Origin: Pelagomonas calceolata
Taxonomy: Eukaryota
DNA: 64,000 bases
Direction of reading: 5' to 3'
Assembly: GCA_918797485.1 (NCBI GenBank)
Contig: CAKKNE010000003.1
Coordinates: 2,976,001 to 3,040,000 of the forward strand
Position 1 is the first letter of the stretch. Each line of letters opens with the position of its first letter. The notes below the pieces were generated by a model that had not been told where the DNA came from, did no database searches, and saw only the letters and a list, made by a program, of their open reading frames with translations. A program made the position numbers and the translations under genes. Shown piece by piece: positions 30,906 through 40,446 of the stretch.

Positions 30906-31358
30906 TGGCACGGGTGGCACGCTGCTGGCACACGGGTAGCAGTGCTCTATATGCAAAAGGCAACGCTGCAGTTGCGGTGCGAATGCGAAACTTGCAAAAC
31001 TAGCCAGCAATCACGATGGTTTGCTGTGCGAGAAGCCACTGCGTGCCACCAGGCTGGTGCCAGCACCATGTACCGCCGACCAACACAGCTGCAAGGCTGC
31101 GCGCGCCGCCGTCGAATACCCATCCGTAGGGACTAGAGAAGAAGTCTCCGCGGTCTAGGATATCGCTAGCGTAAGACGCTAGCCTTGGGGGGGTTTTTTA
31201 AAATTGAGACGCGGTATATTGAGCTGCGTACAGCGCCACTCGTCATATCTGACGTCGAGGCGCTGCGCGAGCAGTGGCCTGTGACCGCCCGGACCGCGCC
31301 CCAAAGCGACGCGGCCCAAAGACGCGCCAAAACCGAGCACCCGGCCCAGAGCCCCAAG

Positions 31359-34300
31359 ATGGCCGCTACCGTCGCCCCCGCGGGCCACATCTGCGTCCTG
31401 CGCTCGAACGGCGACGACGGCAACCGCATCCCGCTGGACGCCAGCGCGGCGGCGACCGTGACCTTCGGCCGCGCGCTCACGTCGGACGTGCGCATCGCGC
31501 TCGCGCACTGCTCGCGCCTCCACGCCGAGCTGCGCGTGGACCAGAACGCGCGCGTGTCGCTGGTCAACCACGCCAAGGCCGCGAACGCGACGCTCCTGAA
31601 CGCGCAGCCGCTCGCGCCCAAGGCCGCGCGCGACGTGCGCGACGGCGACGTCTTCGAGATCTGCGGCAAGCGCTTCCGTTTCGAGGCGTCCGTGCTCGCG
31701 GCGACGACGACGATGGCCTCGATCACCGAGGAGGAGAACGTGACGGCCGAGAAGCGGGACGTCGCGAAGCCGCTGCCGTCGGGCCTGCTCCAGGCGATCA
31801 CGGCGCGCCGCCGGTCGTCGGTCCTCGGGCGGCCCGCGAAGCCGCCGCCGCCGCCGCCGCCGCCCCGCGCGGCGCCCGCGGCCCCGAGCTTCTCCGCCGA
31901 GCTCAAGGCCGCGACGGACCGGCGCCTCGCCGCGCTCGAGGGCGCCAAGCCCGCGCGGCCGCCGGGCTGGCGGCCGCCGCCGCCGCCGCCGCGCGCGGCC
32001 GCCGCGCCGGTGCCCCAGGACCTCGCGGGCGAGCTGCGGGCCAAGCTCGCCGCGCGGCGCGCGCGCGTCGCCTCGACGGGCGACCGCGACTCGACGGCGG
32101 CCGCGGCCCCGCCGGCGCGGCCCTTCGCGGCCGTGCTCAAGGCGCGCCTCCTGCAGCAGGCGGGGCGCAAGTCACTCACGGCGGGCGAGGTGCTCCGCAA
32201 GGCCGAGGCCGCGCCCGAGGCGGCCGCGCCGGAGCCGGAGCCGGCTGCCATGGAGGCCGAGCCGGCCGCGCCGGCCGAGCCGACGCCCCTGGAGCCCGCC
32301 GCGGCCGCGCCGGAGCCGGAGCCCGCCGCCGAGCCCGCGCCCATGGAGGAGGCCGAGCCGGTTCCCGCGCCCGCCGAGGCGGCCGAGCAACCCGCGGCGA
32401 TGGAGACCGAGCCGGTGGCGGCCGCGCCGGAGGCCGAGCCCGCGGCCGAGCCCGCTGCAGCGGCGCCTGAGCCGGCGGCAATGGAGACCGAGCCCGCAGC
32501 CGAGCCCGTCGCCGAGCCCACGGCCGAGCCCGCGGCCGAGCCCCCTGCCGAGCCCGTCGCCGAGCCCGCGGCCGAGCCCGTCGCCGAGCCCGCGGCGGCG
32601 GAAGCTGAGCCCGTCGCCGAGCCCGCGGCGGCCGCGACTGAGCCCGCGGCAACTGAGCCCGCGGCGATGGAGACGGAGCCCGTCGCCGAGCCTGCCGTCG
32701 AGCCCGTGGCGACGGAAGCGGCGCCGGAGCCCGCCGCGATGGAGACCGAGCCCGAGGCCGCGGAGGCCGAGCCGTCGCTGTCGACGCAGGAGAACTCGCA
32801 GGACTCGCTGACCGACGCGGCCGTCGGCGGCCTGACGCAGGAGGAGTCGCTCGGGGCCGAGCCCGTCGCGGCGAAGCCGCCGCGGCCGAGCGTGCGCTTC
32901 GCGGTCGAGGAGGCGCCGCCGCGGCCGGCCGTGCGCTTCGCGGCGTCGCCCGCGAAGGCGCGCGGCGTCACGTTCGCGCCGCTCGCCGGCGCGACGCCGT
33001 CGCGGTCCGGCGGCGGCCTGCGGCGGCCGACGCCCTTCCGCCCGGCGTCCGCCGACGGGCCTGCCTCGCCCAAGGCCCAGGCGGCGCTCGCGGCGTCGCC
33101 CTGGGCGCGGCCGAAGGAGGAGACGGTGCGCGTCGACGCCCTGCCCGCGGGCCTGCGGCGCGAGGTGCTCGACGCGCGCCAGCAGGACCTCGTCAAGGCC
33201 GCGGTCGCGGCGGCGGCGCGGAGCTGGGCCTCGGTGGCCAAGGCGCCGAAGGCCGAGGCGGAGGCCGCGCCGTCGGCGACGGACGTGCTCGCGGCGGCGA
33301 CGGCGCCCGTCGACGACCACACGCTGACGCGCGAGGGGTCGCGGAGCATCGCCGCGCTGCTCGAGGGCGCCGACGACGAGGAGGCGGCGCGGAAGCGCCG
33401 CCTCAAGCGCGCGCGCAAGCGCCAGAGCAACCCCGGCGACGCGCGCGCCGCGATGCGGCGCAAGGAGGCCCGGCGGCGGCGCCAGTCCATCGCGGCGCTG
33501 CCCGAGCTCGGCGAGGTCTGGGACTGGCTCACGGCGCTGCACGAGACGACGGAGACGGCGGCGCCGAAGCCCGAGGCCGTCGCGCGCGTGCCCGAGCTCC
33601 AGGAGGCCTGGGGCTGGATGGAATCGTTGGAGGACCCCGAGCTGCGGGCCGCCGGCGCCGAGGCCGTGCGGAACTCGCGGAAGTCCCTGGCGGCGGGCGA
33701 CGCCGCCGGCGCGTGGCGCTGCCTCGTGGGCACGGGCGAGTTCGGGGGAGAGAACCGCTTCGCGGCGCTCTACGAGTCCTCGGACGACGACGCGGACGAC
33801 GAGGTCGTGGAGCTGCTGGCGGACATGGAGGCGGCCGTCGCGCCGGAGGCGCTCGCAAAGGTTCAGGAGAATGCGCAGTTGCTCGTCGACCGGGAGATGG
33901 AGCCCCGATTGGCGTACGCGTGCGTCCTGGATCGCCACTACGGCGGCAACGACACGGTCGACCTGGGCGAGGCCTGGAGCTGGCTCGAGACCCTCAGCAA
34001 GAAAGACGAGGACGCGCGGCGCGCCGTCGAGGCCGCGAACTCCGAAAACATTTCGGTGAGCGACTTGGCCGCGTTAGCCTCGGAATGTTCGGACAAGGAC
34101 AAGGCCCTCATCGCGCAGCGGGCCGAGGACGTCGCCAAGGCCGGCGTGGCCTACGGCCCGGCCTTCGCCTCGGCGCTCGACTCGTTCGCGGCGGACCCCG
34201 AGGGCTTCGCGGGCCGCGAGACGAATTCGAATGAAGTGGTCGAGGCGGCGCCCGCCGCGCTCGAGGACGCCTGGGCTGCTTTAGAGTCGCGGGACCAGGC

Positions 34301-35588
34301 CCGGGACCAGTTCAACGACGACGCGACGGACGCCGGCGACGACGTCGCTAATATGGAGGACATGGACGACGACGACGCGCACGTGCGCGACGAGACGCCG
34401 CCGGAGGAGGACGAGCCCGGCGACGTCACGCGCATCTTCCGCGAGGCCTTCCTCCGGGCGAACGCGCTGGACGAGGCGCCGGACCGCCGCGCATCGACGC
34501 TGCCGGCGCTCGCCGACGCGCTCAAGCAGCTCGAGGGCGTCGACTCGCCGGCGGCGCGCGCGGCGCGGCGCGCGTCGGTCGCGGGCCTGAGCGGGCTGAG
34601 CGACGCGTGGCGCTGGGTCGACGAGCTCGACGACGAGCTGAAGGAGAAGGCGCTCGACGCGAAGCGGGCGGCGCTCGGCGCCGTGCCCGACGTCGCCGCG
34701 GCGTGGGCGGCCGTCGAGGCGTGCGAGGACCCGGTCTTGCGGCGGGCGGCCAAGGAATTAAGAAGGGCGTGCTCGGACGACACGACGAACGTGGGCGAGG
34801 TGCTGCTCTGGCTGACGCGGGCCGCGGAGGTCGCCGCGGCGGACGAGGAGGACGTCGTCATCATGGAGCCGGCGGCGCCGCCGTCGCCCGTCCGGACCTT
34901 CGACGCCGCCGCGGCGCGCCGGGCCTGCAAGAAGCTCACGGTGCCGAAGCTGCGCGCGGCGCTCGCCGAGAAGGGCCTCGACACGAAGGGCCTGAAGGTC
35001 GCGCTCGTCGAGCGGCTCGTCGGCGCGCTGCGCGCCGAGGCGACCGGCGAGGCGCCGGCGGCCGCCGAGCCGGCCGCTCCGGAGGCGTCCGACGCGATGG
35101 AGGCCGAGCCCGCCGCTCCGGCCGCGCCGGAGGCGTCCGACGCGATGGAGGCCGAGCCGGCGTTCGACGAGGCTTCCGCGACGAAGGCTGCGAAGAAGCT
35201 AAAGGTCGCCGAGCTCCGGGCCGCCCTGGAGGCCGCGGGCGCGGACACGAAGGGCCTCAAGGCCGCGCTCGTCGAGCGCCTCGTCGGCGTCCAGCGCGCG
35301 GCCGCCGGGGGCGCGCCGCCCGCCGCGCCCGAGGCGTCCGACGCGACGGAGGCCGCGCCCGAGGCCGAGGAGGGCTTTGATGAAGCCGCGGCGACGCGCC
35401 AGGCGAAAAAGATGAAGGTCGCGGAGCTCCGCGCGGCGCTCGAGGCCGCGGGCGCCGACACCAAGGGGCTCAAAGCGGCGCTTGTGGAGCGGCTCGTGGG
35501 CGTCCAGCGCGCGGCGGCGAGCGGCAAGCGGGCCGCGGAGCCCTCCGACGAGGCCGAGCGGTCGCCGAAGAAATCCCGCAGGGCGTGA
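31359..35588 (+). CDS. Large FHA-domain protein with acidic EPA repeats and three SAP-like repeats (Ki-67-like architecture)
   Basis: FHA: TFGRALTSDVRI...CSRLHA...DGDVFEICGKRFRF; three KKL(T/K)VxxLRAALxxxGxDTKGLKxALVERL repeats. Confidence 0.85.
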   Translation: MAATVAPAGHICVLRSNGDDGNRIPLDASAAATVTFGRALTSDVRIALAHCSRLHAELRVDQNARVSLVNHAKAANATLLNAQPLAPKAARDVRDGDVFEICGKRFRFEASVLAATTTMASITEEENVTAEKRDVAKPLPSGLLQAITARRRSSVLGRPAKPPPPPPPPRAAPAAPSFSAELKAATDRRLAALEGAKPARPPGWRPPPPPPRAAAAPVPQDLAGELRAKLAARRARVASTGDRDSTAAAAPPARPFAAVLKARLLQQAGRKSLTAGEVLRKAEAAPEAAAPEPEPAAMEAEPAAPAEPTPLEPAAAAPEPEPAAEPAPMEEAEPVPAPAEAAEQPAAMETEPVAAAPEAEPAAEPAAAAPEPAAMETEPAAEPVAEPTAEPAAEPPAEPVAEPAAEPVAEPAAAEAEPVAEPAAAATEPAATEPAAMETEPVAEPAVEPVATEAAPEPAAMETEPEAAEAEPSLSTQENSQDSLTDAAVGGLTQEESLGAEPVAAKPPRPSVRFAVEEAPPRPAVRFAASPAKARGVTFAPLAGATPSRSGGGLRRPTPFRPASADGPASPKAQAALAASPWARPKEETVRVDALPAGLRREVLDARQQDLVKAAVAAAARSWASVAKAPKAEAEAAPSATDVLAAATAPVDDHTLTREGSRSIAALLEGADDEEAARKRRLKRARKRQSNPGDARAAMRRKEARRRRQSIAALPELGEVWDWLTALHETTETAAPKPEAVARVPELQEAWGWMESLEDPELRAAGAEAVRNSRKSLAAGDAAGAWRCLVGTGEFGGENRFAALYESSDDDADDEVVELLADMEAAVAPEALAKVQENAQLLVDREMEPRLAYACVLDRHYGGNDTVDLGEAWSWLETLSKKDEDARRAVEAANSENISVSDLAALASECSDKDKALIAQRAEDVAKAGVAYGPAFASALDSFAADPEGFAGRETNSNEVVEAAPAALEDAWAALESRDQARDQFNDDATDAGDDVANMEDMDDDDAHVRDETPPEEDEPGDVTRIFREAFLRANALDEAPDRRASTLPALADALKQLEGVDSPAARAARRASVAGLSGLSDAWRWVDELDDELKEKALDAKRAALGAVPDVAAAWAAVEACEDPVLRRAAKELRRACSDDTTNVGEVLLWLTRAAEVAAADEEDVVIMEPAAPPSPVRTFDAAAARRACKKLTVPKLRAALAEKGLDTKGLKVALVERLVGALRAEATGEAPAAAEPAAPEASDAMEAEPAAPAAPEASDAMEAEPAFDEASATKAAKKLKVAELRAALEAAGADTKGLKAALVERLVGVQRAAAGGAPPAAPEASDATEAAPEAEEGFDEAAATRQAKKMKVAELRAALEAAGADTKGLKAALVERLVGVQRAAASGKRAAEPSDEAERSPKKSRRA

Positions 35589-35644
35589 CAAGCGCGCCAC
35601 CCCGTCCCTCCCTTCCCCCTAGTAAACTTCTATCATACATCGTC

Positions 35645-36748
35645 TTACAGCCGCAGGCCCAGCAGGTCCTCCTCGCGCGGCCGGTAGTCACAGAACCGCG
35701 AGATCTCGAGGGGCTCGTCCGTCGCCGTCGAGGGGAAGTTTGACCGCGCCGGACGTTCTGGCGGCGGCGCCGGACGGTTCGCGCGCCCCGCCCGCAGCCG
35801 CCGAACGGCGGCGCGGCGGCCCGGGCTCAGCTTGACGGGGCGCGCTCGCTCGCGCGGCGGTCGGCGCGGGGGCGACGCGGCGGCTCGCTCGGCGGCCTGC
35901 CGACGGTCGTCCTTGCGCAAGGCGCGCCGCACGAGCACGGCGTGCCGGTCCACGGCCCGGCGGAGCTCTCGTACCGCACCTCGGTCGTCGACGCGCGCGC
36001 CCTCGCGCGCGAGCGGCAGCGCGAGGTCCAACACCGCCGCGTGCGCCGCCGACGGGCCGAGCGCGCCCGACGCTCGCAGCGCCTCGAGGCGCTCGCCCGC
36101 CGCCGCGCGCATCCGGCCGTGGTCGGCGATCGTCGCCTCGAACACGATCACGCCCCCCAGGCGCCTCACGCGCGGCAGGCGCGCCCGCGACGCGTGCTCG
36201 CGTTCCGCGGCGCTCGCGAGCGTCTGGAGGTTCCGCGCGAGCTCCTGGAGCGCCCGGCGCCTCGTCGCGCGGTCGACCTCCGGCGGCGGCGCTGGCTCGG
36301 GATCGGGGCCTTTTTCCTCGCCGCCGTCCGAGTCGTCCTCGTCGAGCAGGCGGTCGAGCTCGGCGACGTCGAGGGCCTCCTCCGCGACGGCGCGGAGCGT
36401 CGGCAGGACGCGGCCGCGCCAGCGCGCCTGGAGCGTCCTTATAACGGCGTCGAGGTCGGGCGCCGGGCCCGGCGCGGGGGCCGGGGCTTCGCTCGCCGCC
36501 GCCGGCGCGGGGGCGGGCGCGAGCGCCGGGGCGGGCGCTTCCGCAGCAGGTGCGGGCGCCGGCGCGGCGTGCGGCGCGGCCGGCGCGGGCGCCTCGCCGG
36601 GCGGCGCCGCGGCGGGCGCTGCGACGAACCCTGGCGCCGGGGCCTCGCATTCCGGGACGACGAATCGATCACTGTACGACCAGCGGAGGGGCGACTGTGC
36701 CGCGCGACTCGGAGGCGGCGCCTCGGTCAAAGGCTGCCTCGTCATCAT
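35645..36748 (-). CDS. Hypothetical protein
   Basis: 367-aa ATG-initiated ORF between well-supported genes. Confidence 0.55.
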   Translation of the reverse strand: MMTRQPLTEAPPPSRAAQSPLRWSYSDRFVVPECEAPAPGFVAAPAAAPPGEAPAPAAPHAAPAPAPAAEAPAPALAPAPAPAAASEAPAPAPGPAPDLDAVIRTLQARWRGRVLPTLRAVAEEALDVAELDRLLDEDDSDGGEEKGPDPEPAPPPEVDRATRRRALQELARNLQTLASAAEREHASRARLPRVRRLGGVIVFEATIADHGRMRAAAGERLEALRASGALGPSAAHAAVLDLALPLAREGARVDDRGAVRELRRAVDRHAVLVRRALRKDDRRQAAERAAASPPRRPPRERARPVKLSPGRRAAVRRLRAGRANRPAPPPERPARSNFPSTATDEPLEISRFCDYRPREEDLLGLRL

Positions 36749-37065
36749 TTTTTACCCATCGAATGGCTGCCCGCGTGCTGTCCCTGGTGCGTTTTTTATG
36801 GAATCGACGCCAACTAATAAGACTTTGTTTGTGTTGCTCCTGGCAGTTGGCTCCTGGTGCGTTTTGTCCAGCGCCTTGTCCAGCGCCTGTCGCACGGCGG
36901 TCGAGCTGGATCCGCAAGCGAAGGGTCCGTTTTGCATAGACACGTCCTGCGACGCGTGCGTGCCTCGTTTTGCGTTGCGGCGGGTAACTGAGCTAGTTAT
37001 GACCCACTAGATTGCTGCGGCAAGCCAGCCTTTTGTGCAGCCGCGAGTACGGCTGCTGTGCAACA

Positions 37066-38640
37066 ATGGGCTTGGTGAAGACCGTAGCCGTGCTCCTCAG
37101 CACCGCGTGTGCGGTCGCCGTCGCCGTCGGCGCCGCGGCGGCCTTCTACTTCAAGGACCAGATCGAGACGGAGTACGACGCATTGCTAAAACCGCTCGCC
37201 CATCTTAATATCGACGCGTTCACGGGCGGGCCGGCGTCGTTCCCGCGGAAGCTGCAGGTCGTCGCGACGGAGCGCCTCACGGGCGCGAGCGAGTTCCCCA
37301 TCGAGGCCTCCCTCGAAAAAACTGTAAGTTTGGGGTGGACGCCGTCGCCGCACGTCGAGGGGTTGCGGGTGACGACGGCCGGCGACGGGATCGACGAGCC
37401 GGACGCGAAAGCGTTGGTGGTGGGCACGATCCGCATGGGCTTCGGCCACCAGCGCATCGCCTACGCGGCGTCGTCCTGGGCCGTCGCCGCCAAGAAGCAC
37501 GTGTACTTCCACGACCTGCTCAGCATCGAGTCCGCCGAAGCGAGATTGGTGCACGACACGGACAAATTGTACCGCAAGTCCTCGAAGCTGGCCACGGAGG
37601 TCGGCGGGCCCTTTGAATTGATCCACGGGTTCCTGACGTCGTCGGGCGACGCCACGTCCCTGCGCAGCACGGCGCTCGTCGGCGCGCGCCTCGCGCCGCT
37701 CATGAAGGGCCTGCCGCGGGGCGCGCCCGTGATCGCGACGCACACGCTCGTCGCGCTCGCGGCGGCGGCCGCCGGCATGGACAACGTCGTCAATTTAGTT
37801 ATTGACAACCACCCGCAGTGGTTCGTCGTCGCGCCGACCGCGTTGAATTTGGTCCAGGGCCCGCGGAACTACTACGGGTTCCTGAAGAAGTTCGAAGAGG
37901 GCGACTACCTCCGGGAGGGCGGGTCGCTCATCAAGCTCGCGGGCCACTGGATCCCGAAGCACCTCGTCGACAACATCCCGAGGGACTGCGACGCGCGCAT
38001 GAAGCGGGCCAAGGCCCGGGAGCCGCGACGGGTGCTCGTGCCCGTCGGCGGCGCCGGCGCGCAGAAGAAATTCATCACGGAGCTCACGGAGCGCGTGGCG
38101 CCCCTCTGCAAAAGCGGGACGGTCAAGCTCGTGCTCAACGCCGGCGACCACGCGGATTTGAGGGCGAGCCTGCTCGAGACGCTCGCGGCCCTAGGTTTTG
38201 CGGCGGGCGGGGATTTGAAGGTGATCGGGGACCACGCGGGCGTCGTCGCCCTGCAGCGGAGTCAAGACTTCGCGCCCGTGACGCTCCTGGCCTTCTCGGA
38301 CTACTTCGCGGCCGTCGCCGCGACGGATTTGCTGGTGCCCGTCGTCGACGTGCTGGCGTGCAAGCCCTCGGAGCTGGCCTTCTACCCCGTGCCCAAGCTG
38401 ATGATCCGCCGCGTCGGCGACCACGAGGCCTTCAGCGCGTCGCGCGCGAACGAACTGGGCGACGGCACCGAGGAGGCGCGCACGGTGGCGGACGCGGGCC
38501 GCTACCTCGACCTCTTCGTGGCCGGCGCCGAGCCCCTCGTCACGATGAACGCCATGATCAAGCGCCACGCGGCGTGGGGCGCGTACGGCGGCTGCGAGCG
38601 CGCGCTCGAGCTCGCGGCGGCGCCGGCGCGGGGGGCCTAA
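37066..38640 (+). CDS. Signal-anchored GT-B glycosyltransferase-like protein
   Basis: MGFGHQRIA, VIATH, VPVGGAGAQ, DVLACKPSEL motifs resembling GT28/MGDG-synthase-like folds. Confidence 0.7.
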   Translation: MGLVKTVAVLLSTACAVAVAVGAAAAFYFKDQIETEYDALLKPLAHLNIDAFTGGPASFPRKLQVVATERLTGASEFPIEASLEKTVSLGWTPSPHVEGLRVTTAGDGIDEPDAKALVVGTIRMGFGHQRIAYAASSWAVAAKKHVYFHDLLSIESAEARLVHDTDKLYRKSSKLATEVGGPFELIHGFLTSSGDATSLRSTALVGARLAPLMKGLPRGAPVIATHTLVALAAAAAGMDNVVNLVIDNHPQWFVVAPTALNLVQGPRNYYGFLKKFEEGDYLREGGSLIKLAGHWIPKHLVDNIPRDCDARMKRAKAREPRRVLVPVGGAGAQKKFITELTERVAPLCKSGTVKLVLNAGDHADLRASLLETLAALGFAAGGDLKVIGDHAGVVALQRSQDFAPVTLLAFSDYFAAVAATDLLVPVVDVLACKPSELAFYPVPKLMIRRVGDHEAFSASRANELGDGTEEARTVADAGRYLDLFVAGAEPLVTMNAMIKRHAAWGAYGGCERALELAAAPARGA

Positions 38641-38844
38641 GAGGCGAGACATCGGGTTAAGTTTAAATAATATTAAGTTTATCTAAACCGCGCCGCGTCG
38701 CGAGAAGTCGATCGAGCGCCGTACACGTCGGCTGTCGCCTCGGCGTGGCGACACCACCGAGGGGGGGGGGTGGGGTGCGGTGCGGTCTCCGCCGGAAGTC
38801 GCGCCTTGTGCGAGGTGTCCGTGGGCCGCGGGTGGCGACGGCGC

Positions 38845-40086
38845 CTAGTTGGAGCCGCGGAGGCGGCGGGTGCCCGGGTAGTCCGGGTGGTCCTCCGCGG
38901 GGTCCGTGAGCGAGGCGACGACCGTGTCGCGGGCGCCGTGCGGGATGACGTCGGGGGACATGTCGTCGGCGGAGATGACGAGCATGCGGCGGCACATCTC
39001 GTCCATCGTCGACGCCTCGAGCGTGTGGCACTCGCGGTCCACGTGCCACGTGACGAGGTTGCCCGTGCCGCGGCACATGTCGCCGGCGTTGGCGCCGCTC
39101 TGGACGGCGTCGCCCGTGGTCGAGCCCTGGTAGTAGGCGACGTCCTTGGCGGCCTGGCGGTCCCAGCCGTTGAGCACGTCCCAGGTCGGGCGGATGGCCT
39201 CGCCGCCCATGCCGTTGACGATCGTGAAGACCTGGCCCTCGACGCCGATGCCGTGGGTCTTGTCCATTAGGAGCTGGGAAGCGGTGCCGATGTCGACATT
39301 GCCCATCGTCGCGCCGCAGAGGACGCCGTCGAGGAAGTGGTACTGGTACTGCCACGGCGTCTGGCAGGCGCCGAGCGACGAGTGGGGCCAGTGGAACTCG
39401 TACGTGAGGCCGACGTGCATGTCCTTGCAGTACTTCCAGTCGTACTCGTTGACCGAGCCGTCCGTGTTGCGGACCGAGGGGTCGTTGGCCTCCCATAGGT
39501 CCTTGCCCGCCTTGCACATGTGGCCGATGTTCATGCCGCCGTCGGCGGACGCGAGGCGGCGGTGCGAGCCCGCGTACGTGTCCTTGTTCGGGTGGTCGAA
39601 GGACTGGTTCTCGTCGTACTGGCCCTCGCTGCGGTGCTCGGCGCCGATGTGCCAGTGCACGTTGACGGTGCACATGCCCATGTCGTTGTAGTCCACGATG
39701 GGCGCGAGGGCGGGGTCCAAGTCGCCCGCGGCGCCCTTCGTCACGTCGGTGGCCGACTGCGCGCCGGCGTCCTCGCACTCGATGTCGCCGAGGTCAGCGC
39801 GCAGCGGCGCCTGGCCGGTCGAGTCGATGCACGGGTTCTCGCCGTAGTCCACCTTCATGCTGTTGAGGAACGCCTGCTTCATCCACACCGGCGTGTCGAG
39901 GTGCGCGTCGGCGGCGTTGTTCGTCGTCTTCTTCGTGTCGCCGCCGCGCGTCGCGACGATGCCGAGCACGACGCACGTGAGCACGGCGTTGATGAGGCCG
40001 AACAGGTTGGCGCCGGCCATCATGCCCTTGGCGGAGCCGGTGGACTCGGCGCCGCGGAACTCGTCCTCCTTGGGAGCCTTGCACAT
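38845..40086 (-). CDS. Delta-class carbonic anhydrase with N-terminal membrane anchor
   Basis: MCTVNVHWHIGAEHRSEGQYD, TYEFHWPHSSLGAC, GVEGQVFTIVN, YQGSTTG, TWHVDRECH. Confidence 0.92.
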   Translation of the reverse strand: MCKAPKEDEFRGAESTGSAKGMMAGANLFGLINAVLTCVVLGIVATRGGDTKKTTNNAADAHLDTPVWMKQAFLNSMKVDYGENPCIDSTGQAPLRADLGDIECEDAGAQSATDVTKGAAGDLDPALAPIVDYNDMGMCTVNVHWHIGAEHRSEGQYDENQSFDHPNKDTYAGSHRRLASADGGMNIGHMCKAGKDLWEANDPSVRNTDGSVNEYDWKYCKDMHVGLTYEFHWPHSSLGACQTPWQYQYHFLDGVLCGATMGNVDIGTASQLLMDKTHGIGVEGQVFTIVNGMGGEAIRPTWDVLNGWDRQAAKDVAYYQGSTTGDAVQSGANAGDMCRGTGNLVTWHVDRECHTLEASTMDEMCRRMLVISADDMSPDVIPHGARDTVVASLTDPAEDHPDYPGTRRLRGSN

Positions 40087-40446
40087 CTTTATTGACCTGC
40101 GGCGCGCGCGCGCGTGAGTCTTCCGCGACGGAGGCCGCGCGCGGTGTGGGCTACGCGCCGCGCGCGGTTGAAAAAAGCCATCGGGCGATGTGGGCTGCAA
40201 AGCGCCGCGCGCGGCGCGCGGGCCCGCGTTTTCGCGCCGCGCGGCTGCCGGGGGCGTGTGCGGATGGGGAGGGACGGCGGGAGCCGCGCTGCGTGCAATT
40301 TGCGGGCGCTGCCGGTTGCCGTTTAGTGTTTCGATGCTATGACGTGGGAGTCAAGAAGTTAGTCAGATCCCTCAAACACGGAGGCAACGTCAAACCACCC
40401 TCCTTCAGCCCGGGCCGCCAGCAAGCAGCCCCAGTGCGCTGCGAGC

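Noticed and set aside
32200..32780. Repeat array considered as CRISPR or satellite
   Set aside because: In-frame degenerate EPA coding repeats with no unique spacers; eukaryotic context
31166..33938. Long minus-strand ORFs (855 and 588 aa)
   Set aside because: Antisense shadows of the GC-rich FHA gene; most Arg/Ala/Pro-rich ORFs in the track are similar artefacts
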